This document shows, piece by piece, positions 9,001-19,028 of a stretch of DNA of 64,000 bases. The stretch's first letter is position 1; each line of letters begins with the position of its first letter. The stretch is from an uncultured Acidobacteriota bacterium (GTDB lineage Bacteria > Acidobacteriota > Thermoanaerobaculia > Multivoradales > UBA5704), in the NCBI GenBank assembly GCA_963700145.1, contig OY969474.1:4000001-4064000 (forward strand). Direction: 5' to 3'. Position numbers and translations under genes: made by a program. The notes under the pieces were generated by a model that was given only the letters and a program-made list of their open reading frames with translations, searched no databases and had not been told where the DNA came from.

Positions 9001-9372
9001 CTAGCCGGGCGGCGGCTCCGCCGCCTTGTCCGCCTTTTTGGCCCGCGGCCGCTTGTTCGGGCCGCGGACGCCGTGGGGCTCGAGGCCGAAGCCTTGGAGG
9101 TGGTTGCTGCGCTTGCCGTAGCGGCCCCGGAGGAGGAGGGCGATGCGGCCGTGCAGCTCGGCGGTCTGCGTCTCCAGCTCCAGGCGCCGCCGGTTCGCCT
9201 CGCGCAACCCCGCCTCGTGCTTGTCGGCCTGGTACATCTGCTCTTGGATCTCTTCGAGGCACCGCCCCAGCTCGGCGTGCTCCTTCGCGAGCTCCGCCGC
9301 ATCCTCCGGATGCGCCGTGAGCCCGTCGAAGAGCTTCCGCCACGTCACCAGCCGTTCGCCAATCGTTTTCAT
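9001..9372 (-). CDS. Small helical/coiled-coil hypothetical protein with basic tail
   Basis: Strong RBS GGAGAGGAGGA before MKTIGERL; RGRYGKRSNHLQGFGLEP motif. Confidence 0.75.
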   Translation of the reverse strand: MKTIGERLVTWRKLFDGLTAHPEDAAELAKEHAELGRCLEEIQEQMYQADKHEAGLREANRRRLELETQTAELHGRIALLLRGRYGKRSNHLQGFGLEPHGVRGPNKRPRAKKADKAAEPPPG

Positions 9373-9389
9373 GCGGGTCCTCCTCTCCC

Positions 9390-9660
9390 CGGAGGGGTCC
9401 GGATAGCTCGCCGGACGCCCGGGATAGTTATCCGGAGCGTCGGGAAAGCTTTCCGGAGCGTCGGGAAAGCTTTCCGGAACGCCGGGAAAACTATCCGGAC
9501 CGTCGGGAAGACTATCCGGGCCGCCGGGAAAGTCAACCGGAGTCTCGGGAAAGCTTTCCGGAACGTCAGGACAACTATCCCGAGTCCCGGGAAAGCTTTC
9601 CCGAGCGTCGGGAAAGCTTTCCGGAGCATCGGGAAGACTATCCGGACCGTCGGGACGTTC
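9390..9660. repeat. Degenerate 21-bp tandem array A (~13 units)
   Basis: Units start at 9411, 9432, 9453 ... 9642, e.g. CCGGAGCGTCGGGAAAGCTTT. Cores are GGAAAGCTTTCC (palindrome) or GGAAGACTATCC. Confidence 0.95.
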
Positions 9661-9667
9661 TTGGCGG

Positions 9668-10162
9668 CTAACGGCGGCCGGTCGGCTGCTTGCGGCGGGG
9701 CGCCGAGGGGCGCTCGGGTCGGGTCTTGGCGCGCTCTTCGAGCAGGGCGCGGCGGACGTCCATCCTGCCGAGGCTCGACTCGAAATCGCGCAGCGCCTCG
9801 ACGGCCTTAGCCTGAGCGGCCGTGACCTCCGGGTCGTCCCAGCCGCCGAGCGCCGGATCGCGCGGGGAGACGGCTTCGCGCAGCTCGAAGGGGAGCCTGG
9901 CCTGTTCGGCCACCGGGTACTTCGCGAGCTCCTCCTCGGCCGCTTCGAAGAGGACCAGCAGCTTGAAGTATTGTTCCGGGCCGACCCCGAGGACCGGCAG
10001 CAGCGACTCCAGGGTCGCGAGGTCCAGCTTGCCCTTGCCCTTCTCGAGGCGGTTGACCTTCGATTTGCCCACGCCCCACTCCGCGGCGAGCTGCTTCTGG
10101 CTCCATTGACGCTTCTCGCGCACCAGGGCGATCGCGCGGCCACCGCTCACGGGCATGCTCAC
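9668..10162 (-). CDS. XRE-family HTH regulator
   Basis: REKRQWSQKQLAAEWGVGKSKVNRLEKG; likely GTG start at 10162 or ATG at 10156. Confidence 0.85.
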   Translation of the reverse strand: MSMPVSGGRAIALVREKRQWSQKQLAAEWGVGKSKVNRLEKGKGKLDLATLESLLPVLGVGPEQYFKLLVLFEAAEEELAKYPVAEQARLPFELREAVSPRDPALGGWDDPEVTAAQAKAVEALRDFESSLGRMDVRRALLEERAKTRPERPSAPRRKQPTGRR

Positions 10163-10169
10163 GGGAGGA

Positions 10170-10227
10170 ATCTTAGTGACGGCAGCGGCCACGATGCAAG
10201 CCCAAAGTACTGAGCGTGAACAACTTA
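10170..10227 (-). promoter_or_regulatory. XRE promoter with upstream TAAGT-N14-ACTTT site
   Basis: TAAGT-N14-ACTTT, TTGCAT, 18 bp, TAAGAT, 7 nt, GTG. Same layout as at 36926 and 37541. Confidence 0.6.
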
Positions 10228-10247
10228 GATCGCACACGGAGTTGCCG

Positions 10248-10871
10248 ATGATGAGGCCGAAGAGCCCGGAAACGTTCCATTCGAGAGCATTCGGTTGCTC
10301 GTTTGCCTATCTATTGGCGATTTTTTGTACGTTTTGGCTGGTCGTGCCGCGCTCGCTCGCGGCCCTCGACACGATCTACCTGGTGCGCCACGCGGAGAAG
10401 GCGGAGGGGTGGCCGGAGGCGGACAAGGCGCTCGATCCCTTCTGGCCGCTTTCGCCGGCGGGGATCGCGCGGGCGCGGGGGCTGCCGGCGCGCTTCGCCG
10501 GCGCCGGCCTCGCCGCGGTCTACGCCAGCCGCACCGTGCGCGCCTTCGCGACCGGGCTGCCGGTGGCCGAGGCGGCCGGCGCGCCGCTGGTGGTGGACCC
10601 CGCCTCCACCGTCAAGCCGGAGATGGACGCCTTCCTCGCCCGGCTGCGCCAGCGCCACCCCGCCGACCGCGCGGTGCTCGTCGTCGGCCACTCGAACACC
10701 ATCCCAGAGCTCCTCCGGCGCCTCGGGGCCACTCAGGACTGCTTCGCCGGCCTGGGGATCAAGGCGAGCGACGGAGGCGGCCTCGAGATCGTGGGCTACG
10801 ACGGCCTCTGGAAGGTGGAGCTGGCCAAGCCCGGCTGCGCGGGGATGACGCGCGAGCCGCCTGTTCCCTAG
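10248..10871 (+). CDS. Exported histidine phosphatase (phosphoglycerate mutase-like) family protein
   Basis: IYLVRHAEK and VLVVGHSNT motifs; hydrophobic N-terminus. Confidence 0.85.
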   Translation: MMRPKSPETFHSRAFGCSFAYLLAIFCTFWLVVPRSLAALDTIYLVRHAEKAEGWPEADKALDPFWPLSPAGIARARGLPARFAGAGLAAVYASRTVRAFATGLPVAEAAGAPLVVDPASTVKPEMDAFLARLRQRHPADRAVLVVGHSNTIPELLRRLGATQDCFAGLGIKASDGGGLEIVGYDGLWKVELAKPGCAGMTREPPVP

Positions 10872-10909
10872 GCCGCACTCGCCGGTACGACCTCGCGGTC
10901 GTTACTGCC

Positions 10910-11776
10910 TCATGCTTCAAGGAACTCCAAAGCCTTTTTCACGAACGCCTCGTGGTACTGGAAGATGCCCCCATGCCCGGCATCCTCATAGAGGACGAGT
11001 TCGGCGTTCGGAAGGCGGCGCGCCAGGTCAACCGAGTTGCTGCTGGGTACCATCTTGTCGTGATTACCATTCACCACCAGAACCGGGTGATGAATGCGCG
11101 ACAGATCGGCAGGGTGCTGACGCCCCCATGCGTGTATGGCCTTCAATTGGGCGATGAACGCCGCGATCGAAACCGGCTTGTCGCGGTTTTCGGTGCGCTC
11201 TTTCAGCCGTGACAGGAATTCGCGGGCCGCATTGCGGCCGTTGCGGGTCTCGGTGAAGAAGAGATAGTACTCCGGGTGCCTGAAGGTCATCGCGCCCTTC
11301 ACCATGTCGCGTATGGTCACCGACGTCACCTTGTCGATGCCTGTGCCCCCGGCTGGCCCGGTGCCGGCGAGGATGATCTTCCGGACTAGTTGCGGTTCTT
11401 CTTGGGCGATCACCTGCGAGATGAAACCGCCAAGGGAGAAGCCAAGCAGGTCGACTTGAGCAGAACCGAGGGCCTGGAAGAAGGCCACAGCGTCCCGCGC
11501 CATCGCCTCCACTGACGCGGGGGTCTTACCTTCCGACGCGCCAATCCCCCGGTTGTCGAAGACGATGACGCGGCGTCTCGTGGCGATGCCGTCGACGACC
11601 CTGGGATCCCACCTGTCGAGTTCCGCAGCCAGATGGTTGAGGAAGATAACCGGCACGCCTGTGTCGGGCCCAAGCTGCCGGTAAGCCAGCTTCGTCCCGC
11701 CGACATCGACGCCTTTCGTCGTCGCATTCCTCCACGCGATGCTCGATTCAGGATGCGACTGTTGGTGCATGCTCAT
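10910..11776 (-). CDS. Alpha/beta hydrolase
   Basis: GFSLGG nucleophile elbow, NGNHDKMVP, DAGHG; start MSMHQQ. Confidence 0.85.
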   Translation of the reverse strand: MSMHQQSHPESSIAWRNATTKGVDVGGTKLAYRQLGPDTGVPVIFLNHLAAELDRWDPRVVDGIATRRRVIVFDNRGIGASEGKTPASVEAMARDAVAFFQALGSAQVDLLGFSLGGFISQVIAQEEPQLVRKIILAGTGPAGGTGIDKVTSVTIRDMVKGAMTFRHPEYYLFFTETRNGRNAAREFLSRLKERTENRDKPVSIAAFIAQLKAIHAWGRQHPADLSRIHHPVLVVNGNHDKMVPSSNSVDLARRLPNAELVLYEDAGHGGIFQYHEAFVKKALEFLEA

Positions 11777-11808
11777 TTTGAAGGCGAGCGCTTCCAGCGC
11801 GGCGCAAG

Positions 11809-12807
11809 CTAGTCCGCTACGCGAATAACCACCTTTCCGACGGCGCGGCCGGATTCCACGTAGGAGATGGCCTCGGCCGCGGCTTCCAGCGGAAAGATCT
11901 TGTCCAGGACCGGCTTGATGACACCCTGGTCTACCAGCGCTCCTATCCTCTCCAGTTGCTCGCCGCTCGCGCGCATGAACAGGTACTCGAAACGCACCCG
12001 CCTTCTCCCGCGCTAGGCGATCGACGTTGCGATTCAGGAACCCCAGGATCCAGACGAACGGCAGGCTTAGGCCCCAGGCCCGCGCGAACTTGCCGTCGGG
12101 CCGGCCGCCGATCGTCACCACAACGCCGCCCGGCTTGACGGCCTCGAACGAGCGGAGCAGCGTGTCGCCCGCTTGCGTGTCGAGGACCACGTCCTGATCC
12201 TTGGCCACCTCTTCGAAGCGGGTCGTCTTGTAGTCGATGGCCACATCTGCGCCGAGCGACTTCACCAGCGCGTGGTTCTTGGCGCTGGCAGTGGTAGCGA
12301 CATGCGCGCCGAGGTGTTTGGCCAGCTGGATGGCGAAGGTGCCGACGCCGCCCGAGCCGGCATGGATCAGGACCTTTTGTCCCGCCCGCAACCGTGCGAG
12401 TTCGATCAGCGTCTGCCAGGCGGTAAGCCCCACCAGCGGAAGCGACGCTGCCTGCGTGTAGTCGAGGCGCGCAGGCTTTCTCGCCGCAGCGCTTTCACGC
12501 ACCAGGGCATACTCGGCGAAGGCGCCGATGCGGTCGTTGTCGAGGCGCGAATAGACCGCGTCGCCGAGCTTGAATTTGGTGACGCTTGGGCCGATCGCTT
12601 CCACGTCGCCGGCGAGATCGGTGCCGAGGATCAGGGGAAAGAAAAGGGGAGCAGCACCTTCACGACGCCGTCGCGGATCTTGTAGTCGAGCGGGTTGACG
12701 CCGGCGGCTCGCACGCGCACCAGAAGCTCGCCCGGACCCGGTTCGGGCCGAGGCAGCTCCATCATTTCCATTGGTGCCTTGTAACGACGAATGGCCAGCG
12801 CTTTCAT
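11809..12807 (-). CDS. NADP-dependent oxidoreductase (MDR family) with two frameshifts
   Basis: MKALAI...AAGVNPLD, HAGSGGVG and GRAVGKVV are split over frames at ~12640 and ~12000. Confidence 0.8.
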
Positions 12808-12828
12808 AGCTCGAGCCAAAGCTGCCTG

Positions 12829-13719
12829 CTAGGCGGCCATCTCCCCCACGACGACCCGCAGCGCCCGCGGCAGCACCTCGAAGCGGGTGGGCTGGTCGGG
12901 CAGCAGCTCGCCGTCGACGTTGAAGGTCATCGGCGGCTCGGAGCGCAGCTCGATCGCGGCGGCGCGGCGGAAGATCGCGAGATCGCTGCCGGTGTGCCGG
13001 CCGAGGAGGACGAGCGGCACCAGCACCGCGAGCTGCGGCACCGAAGACTCGGGGACGATCATCAGGTCGAGGAGGCCGTCGTCGAGACGCGCCTCGGGAG
13101 CCACCGGGATGCCGGCGGCGACGTAGCGGGCGTTGGCCACCACCACGCTGTAGGCGGAGACGTCGAGCGTCTCGCCGCCGTCGAGCCGCAGCGTCGTGCG
13201 GTAGGACGCGAGCTCGGGAGCGGCCTCGACCGCGGAGCGCAGGTAGGAGAGCGGGCCCCAGGAGCGCTTGACCTCGGCGTCCATCTTCTCGTTGATCACG
13301 CCGCTGAAGCCGCCGGCCGAGACGTTGACGAAGTGGCGCGGCGCCTCAGCCACGGCGCGCCCGACGTCGAGCGCCGCCGTGCGGCCCGCCGCCAGCACCG
13401 CGAGCGCCCCGTCGAGGTCGGCGGGCACGCCGATCGAGCGCGCGAAGTCGTTGCCGGTGCCGAGCGGCAGCAGGCCCAGGCGGGCGGCGGCGAAGTCGAC
13501 GGCGAGGCCGTTGACCACTTCGTTGAGGGTGCCGTCGCCGCCGGCGGCGATCACCAGCTCGTACCCCGCCTCCACCGCCTCCCGCGCCAGGCGCTCGGCG
13601 TCCCCCGGCCCTTCGGTCGTGCAGACCTCCGCGTCCCGCAGGGCCGCGACTCCGGCGCGCAACGCCGCGCAGTCGTCGGCGCTGCCGGCGTTCGGGTTGA
13701 GGACGACGCGCGTCCTCAC
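12829..13719 (-). CDS. Diacylglycerol/lipid kinase family (YegS/BmrU-like)
   Basis: LNPNAG, GGDGT, PLGTGNDFA and NVDGE motifs; GTGA overlap with the upstream gene. Confidence 0.9.
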   Translation of the reverse strand: MRTRVVLNPNAGSADDCAALRAGVAALRDAEVCTTEGPGDAERLAREAVEAGYELVIAAGGDGTLNEVVNGLAVDFAAARLGLLPLGTGNDFARSIGVPADLDGALAVLAAGRTAALDVGRAVAEAPRHFVNVSAGGFSGVINEKMDAEVKRSWGPLSYLRSAVEAAPELASYRTTLRLDGGETLDVSAYSVVVANARYVAAGIPVAPEARLDDGLLDLMIVPESSVPQLAVLVPLVLLGRHTGSDLAIFRRAAAIELRSEPPMTFNVDGELLPDQPTRFEVLPRALRVVVGEMAA

Positions 13720-14084
13720 CGGTCGTCGCTCAGGTTGAGCCAGCGCGCCGCGAACCAGGCGATGGTGAGGGTGGGGATCGGCCCGGTGAAGGGGACGAGG
13801 GCCTCGAAGGTGGCGACGTTGCGCAGGGCGCCGAGCCGGAGGCGGCGCAGCAGGAACCAGACGATCGGGGCGGAGAAGACGTCGAGCCCGAGGTCCAGGA
13901 GGTCGAGCCCGACGACGAGGGCGAGCGGCACGGCGCGCAGGGTGGTGAAGAAGTCGGCGTTCTCGGGGAGGTCCAAACGCTGCAGGCGCCGGTAGACGTA
14001 GACGAGGAGGAGCGTGGCGATGCAGAGGGCGAGGACGGCGACCCCCGCCAGCCACGCCACCACCGTACTGAGGTCCGTTTCCAT
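13716..14084 (-). CDS. Small membrane protein
   Basis: METDLSTVVAWLAGVAVLALCIATLLL...; coupled to the lipid kinase gene. Confidence 0.75.
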   Translation of the reverse strand: METDLSTVVAWLAGVAVLALCIATLLLVYVYRRLQRLDLPENADFFTTLRAVPLALVVGLDLLDLGLDVFSAPIVWFLLRRLRLGALRNVATFEALVPFTGPIPTLTIAWFAARWLNLSDDR

Positions 14085-14181
14085 GTCCCTCCCCTGGGCG
14101 AGCGCTCCCCGGCTATGCAATCCCGCCGCCGCCGTCCGCGGCGCGGCCGGCGGCCCCGATCCTGCATCAAGGGGCCAGGCC

Positions 14182-15968
14182 ATGAGCTTTTCGCCACACC
14201 CCGCGGGGCGGTGGACGGTGCGGTGTGCCGCGCTGGCCTGCCTCCTGCTCGCCGCGGCGCCGCCGGCGCGGCCGGCCCCGCGCGCCTGGCCGCCCCCGGC
14301 CGGGCGCGGCCTCCAGTACCTGGAGACGGGGCTGGGGCAGCTCCAGCGGCTCGAGCGCGGATCAAGCGGCTGGGCGAGGACCGCCAGGGGGCCGGCGCGC
14401 TGGCCGCCGCGGCGCTGGCCGCCGCCGGCCGCCCGACCGGGGCGGACGCCGTCCGCTGGACGACGGAGCTCCTCGACGCCTGCGCCGGCCGCTGGCAGCG
14501 CCTCCAGTGCCAGCACGCCGAGATCGCGCTGCAGCGGATCGCCCTCCAGTACCCGCAGGTCTTGCCGCCGCCGCTGCTCGGCCGGGTGCGCGCGGAGGCC
14601 GTCGCGGCCGCGCCGCCGCCGGGGCCCGAGGCGGTCGCCGACCCCTGGCGCTTCAAGGACACCGAGAACCAGCGCATGCTGCAGATCGCGCGCAGCCTCG
14701 GCGCGCAGACGCTCGCCGGCACGCCCGACTCGCCGGCGGCGCGGGCCTGGGGGGCGTACGCCGAGGCCTTCCTCGCCGCCCACGACCGGCAGGGCTGGTA
14801 CGAGGCCGAGAGCCCGGGCTACCTCGCCTCCTCGATCACCTCGCTCCTGCACCTCGCCGACCACGCGCCGCAGCCGGCGGTGCGCGAGCTGGCGGCGCGC
14901 CAGCTCAACCTGCTCTTCGCGCGCTGGGCGCAGGAGCAGGTCGGCGGCTTCCCGGCCGGCGCCAAGAGCCGCACCTACGTGCACTGGGCGCTCGGCCACC
15001 GCAACACCGCCTGGCGCGCCTGGGCCTGGCTCGCCGGCGCGCTCCCCTCCGCCGAAGGGCTCAGCTTCATGGACTGGCCGGAGCTGCCGGCGAGCGGCTA
15101 CGCGCTGCCGGCCCCGGTCGCCGAGCTCCTCGCCGAGCGGCGCCGGCAGCCGCCGTACGAGGTCAAGGCGCGGCGGCGCATCGACCTCGGCGAGCGCATG
15201 GACCTCGACGTCGCCCTCTACAGCTACGCCACGCCGGACTACGTCCTGGGGACGGCGCAGGCGGTGGGCGGCCTGCGCTTGAACGTCTCCGGCGGCCAGG
15301 AGATCCTCGCCACCCTCTTCCCGGAGTGCGGCTTCGCGCCGCTCTACCTGTGGAGCCGCAGCGACAACCCGCGCAAGGACCGCTGGCGGAACTGGGGGCG
15401 CGAGGACCTGGCGGTGGGGCACGAGAACACGGCGCTCGCCCGGCTCGGCGGCCCCGGCGCGATCGGGCACGCCTACTTCGCGCCCGGCTGGTCGCCGCCG
15501 GAGCCGCGCGCGGGCGACGGCGCGGTCGTCTTCTCGCGCTGCGGCGACGCCTACGTGGCGCTGACGACCGAGGGCGGCTGGGAGGTGGCGCCGGCGCCGC
15601 AGCGCCTCCCCGGCTACTACGGCGGCGACAAGGCCTACCGCGACGCCTGGGTGGCGGTGCCGCGCGTGCAGCCGGCGCGGGTGGCGCTGGAGGCCGGGCG
15701 CCTGGCGGAGGACGGCCCCTTCGAGCGCTTCCGCGCCAAGCTCGCCGGCGCCCGGCTCGCGGAGGTGGACGGCGAGCTGCGCTACCGCACCGCAGCCGGC
15801 CTGGCGCTCGCCTTCCGGCCCGGCGAGCGGGCGACGGCCGGCGGCCGCGCGATCGACGCCGCCGCCTACGCGCCGCTCGAAGGCCCGTTCCTCTCCCGCC
15901 CCCGCGAGGGCGGCTGGCGCTTCGTCTGGAAGGCGGTGCGCATGAGCCTGCCGGAGCTGGCGCCTTAA
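14182..15968 (+). CDS. Secreted hypothetical protein, frameshift near 14360
   Basis: The signal peptide is in one frame and the long GC3-biased body is in another; TENQRML and EAESPGY motifs. Confidence 0.65.
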
Positions 15969-16004
15969 GAAAGAAAAGAAAAGGGGGCGCCGCGAGGCGC
16001 CCCC
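15968..16004 (-). terminator. Rho-independent terminator
   Basis: GGGGGCGCC-GCGA-GGCGCCCCC hairpin followed on the minus strand by TTTTCTTTTCTTTC. Confidence 0.85.
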
Positions 16005-16032
16005 TCGATGAACGCGGACTGCCGGCGAGCGC

Positions 16033-18945
16033 CTAGAAGCGCACCCGCAGGCCGAGCTGCGCGAGCCGCTGCTCGCCCTGGAGCGGGTCGCCGGCGAAGA
16101 CCGACGGATTGCCCAAGCGGTCCGGCCGCGCCGGGTTCTTGTCGTTGAACAGGTTGAAGATCTCGCCGATCAGCTCGAGGCTGAAGTCGTCGGTGAAGCT
16201 GAACTCCTTGGACAGGCGGACGTCGAACTGGCTGAAGTCGTCGCCGCGGCCGGTGTTGACGCCGCTGACGCCCGGGGGCAGGTCGATGAGCGAGCCGTCG
16301 CCGTTGAGGTCGGCGTTGGCGTGCTCGAGGTAGGGCGTCGCCGAGCGGTAGCGGAGCATGCCGGAGGCGTTGAGCCCCCACGGCCCGTGCCAGATGCCGC
16401 CGAGAGTGACGCGGTGCCGCGCGTCGGTGTAGAGCGGCCCGAAGCAGCGGCTGCACTGCGGGTCGAGCGGATTGATCGACTGGTCGCGCCGGCCGCGGAT
16501 GACGCCGACGTCGGCCTGGGCGCCGGCGTCGGTCAGCCGGAACTCGTCGGCCCCGGCGAGCACGTTCCCCTCGGCCTCGGACCAGGTGTAGAAGCCCTGC
16601 ATCTCGAACTTGTCGCGCCGGATGCGGCCGCCGATGTTGACGCCGTCGTAGGTGGCCCGCCCGCCGCCGTACCAGATGCGGAAGTTGGCGAACTGCGGGA
16701 ACCGCGGCGCGCCGGTGGCCGGGTCGATGACGTTGGCGCGGAAGCGGTAGGGGATGTCGTGGTAGTCGATGGAGATGAGCTCGAGGTTGAGCCCCAGCCA
16801 GCTGTTGACCTGCCAGGAGTAGCCGAGCGAGATCTGGTCGGAGTAGGGGGTGGCGAGGGTCGGCGAGGCGATCTCGTCGGCGCCGGCCCCGAGCTCCGAG
16901 CTGGGAAGGTCGTTCGACAGGCAGTTGGTGGTCACCGAGCCGAGGCACAGCGGCTGGCCCGGCTGGAAGAACGTGCCGTTCGGGTTGAGGATGCCGGTGT
17001 CGGGACCGGCGTGGCGGAAGATCGTGCCGTAGAGCGACTGCACCTGGATCGCCGGGAAGAGGATCGTGGCGTTGGTGTAGGGGAAGTCGAAGTAGGTGCC
17101 GTAGCCGCCGCGCAGCAGGTGGCGGCCGTCGCCCTTGACGTCGTAGGTGAAGCCGAGGCGCGGCGCGAGGTTGTCGTCGTCCTCGTCGAGCACGCCGTCG
17201 AAGTCGCGGAAGTCCTGCAGGTAGTACTCGTTGTACCGGGTCTGGCTGTGCAGCGCCTGGTAGAGGGCGTTCGAGCGCTGGTCGAGGTCGAAGCCGGTGA
17301 AGTAGTCGTAGCGCAGGCCGATGTTGAGGGTCAGCCGGTCGTTGAAGGCCCAGTCGTCCTGCAGGTAGGCGCTCTTCTGATCGATCGGGGTCTCGTTGCC
17401 GGCGAAGCCGCCGAAGACCTCGACCGTCGAGATCGGCGAGCCGATGCGGTCCTCGATGGCGGTGAAGGCGCCGGCGATGCCGGTCGTAAAGTCGCCGCCC
17501 AGCGAGTACTCGTCGATGTAGTTGACCCCGACCTTCCAGTCGTGGCGGTCGCCGGCGATGGTGCTGGTGAAGCTGAAGTCGTCCTTCCACTGCCGCTTCC
17601 GCTGGTGGGTGGACTGCGGCGTGTTGATGTTCTGGCCGGTGAAGAAGCCCGACGGATAGGAGATCAGCGGGTCGTTCGAATCGGCGGAGATCGAGTTGTC
17701 GAACGAGGTGTACTGGAACACGAACTCGTTGAGCATCTCGCTGCCGATCTGCGCGTTGTAGCCGGCGAGGAGGGACTCGTACTCGTTGGTCAGGGTGCCG
17801 AGCCCGCTCGGCGCGGCCAGCGGGCTGGCGCCGTACTTGTCGGCGTTCTCCTGCATGCCGTAGCGCACCTGCAGGAAGTTCTTGGGATTGAGGTCCCAGG
17901 TGGCCTTGGCGGTGAGCAGCTCGTCCTCGAAGGGCAGCGCGACGACGGTGCCGTCGAAGGTCGGGAAGGCGCCCTCGGTGAAGACCGTGTAGTTGGTCGT
18001 GCGGTCGGTCTTCTCGTAGGTGGTGAAGAAGTGCGCCCGGTCGCGCACGATCGGGCCGCCGATCGAGCCGCCCCACTGCTCGCGCTCGAGCTTGCCCTTG
18101 TCGATGCCGGCTTGCTTCTCGGTCTCGGTCTTCTCGGCCAGGCCGTCGTCGCGGAAGAAGCCGTAGACGCTGCCGTCGAAGTCGTTGGTGCCGGTCTTGG
18201 TGACGACGGTCAGCACGCCGCCCGAGGAGCGGCCGTACTCGGCCTTGTACTGCTGGGTCTGGATCTTGAACTCCTGAACCGCTTCCAGGTTGAAGTTCTG
18301 CAGCGCGCCGCCGATCGTGTCGTCGGTGTTGTCGCCGCCGTCCATGGTGAAGTTGATGTTGCGGCCGATGCCGCCGCCCAGGGCGACCGTCAACTGCCCC
18401 GGCTTGGTGGGGTCGGAGTTGTAGGCCAGCGTCGTGCCCGGGGCGAGCGCCGCGAGATTCGCGAACTGGCGGCCGTTGAGCGGCAGGTTCTCGAGCTCCT
18501 CCTGGCTCACCACGGTGCCGATCGACGGCTCGGTGGCGACCAGCGGCGCCTCGTCGACGACGGTGATCGTCTCCTCGATGGCGGAGCTCTGCAGCGTGAC
18601 GTCGAGCGCGCGATCGCTGGCGACGTTGACCTGCACGCCCTCCACCACCACCGGCGCGAAGCCGGACAGCTCGATCCGCACGTTGTAGCGGCCGGCCGGC
18701 AGCGCCGCGAGGCGGAAGGTCCCGTCCTCGACCGTCACGCCGACGCGATCGAGGCCGGTGTCGACGTTGGTGGCGGTCACCGTGGCGCCCGGCAGCGGGC
18801 CGCCGGAGCCGTCGTTGACGTTGCCGGAAATCGAGCCGCCGGCGGACTGCGCCACGGCGGCGCCCGGCAGCAGGGCGGTCAGACAGGCGAGCGCGAGCAG
18901 CGCCGCGCCGGCCTTCCACAGCAGGGATGGGTTGGTTCGTTGCAT
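16033..18945 (-). CDS. TonB-dependent receptor with carboxypeptidase-regulatory-like N-domain
   Basis: Signal peptide; GPLPGATVT; LPLNGRQF; AEYGRSSGG...TKTGTN; C-terminal QLGLRVRF. Confidence 0.92.
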   Translation of the reverse strand: MQRTNPSLLWKAGAALLALACLTALLPGAAVAQSAGGSISGNVNDGSGGPLPGATVTATNVDTGLDRVGVTVEDGTFRLAALPAGRYNVRIELSGFAPVVVEGVQVNVASDRALDVTLQSSAIEETITVVDEAPLVATEPSIGTVVSQEELENLPLNGRQFANLAALAPGTTLAYNSDPTKPGQLTVALGGGIGRNINFTMDGGDNTDDTIGGALQNFNLEAVQEFKIQTQQYKAEYGRSSGGVLTVVTKTGTNDFDGSVYGFFRDDGLAEKTETEKQAGIDKGKLEREQWGGSIGGPIVRDRAHFFTTYEKTDRTTNYTVFTEGAFPTFDGTVVALPFEDELLTAKATWDLNPKNFLQVRYGMQENADKYGASPLAAPSGLGTLTNEYESLLAGYNAQIGSEMLNEFVFQYTSFDNSISADSNDPLISYPSGFFTGQNINTPQSTHQRKRQWKDDFSFTSTIAGDRHDWKVGVNYIDEYSLGGDFTTGIAGAFTAIEDRIGSPISTVEVFGGFAGNETPIDQKSAYLQDDWAFNDRLTLNIGLRYDYFTGFDLDQRSNALYQALHSQTRYNEYYLQDFRDFDGVLDEDDDNLAPRLGFTYDVKGDGRHLLRGGYGTYFDFPYTNATILFPAIQVQSLYGTIFRHAGPDTGILNPNGTFFQPGQPLCLGSVTTNCLSNDLPSSELGAGADEIASPTLATPYSDQISLGYSWQVNSWLGLNLELISIDYHDIPYRFRANVIDPATGAPRFPQFANFRIWYGGGRATYDGVNIGGRIRRDKFEMQGFYTWSEAEGNVLAGADEFRLTDAGAQADVGVIRGRRDQSINPLDPQCSRCFGPLYTDARHRVTLGGIWHGPWGLNASGMLRYRSATPYLEHANADLNGDGSLIDLPPGVSGVNTGRGDDFSQFDVRLSKEFSFTDDFSLELIGEIFNLFNDKNPARPDRLGNPSVFAGDPLQGEQRLAQLGLRVRF

Positions 18946-19028
18946 CGTTCGTCTCCTTTTGTCCTCTAATCGTAACGGCAATGACAGGGTGCCAAGCGAC
19001 GCGGGTGCGGCGGCTCGGTGGGCGGCGG

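Noticed and set aside
9373-10143. 380-aa ORF with PESFPDA heptads as a real protein
   Set aside because: It overlaps the XRE gene out of frame, a strong RBS precedes ATG 9372, and a 21-bp repeat keeps frames open by itself.
10910-12604. Oxidoreductase-hydrolase fusion protein
   Set aside because: It results from a frameshift near 12000; the true oxidoreductase C-terminus is in ORF 11809-11997.
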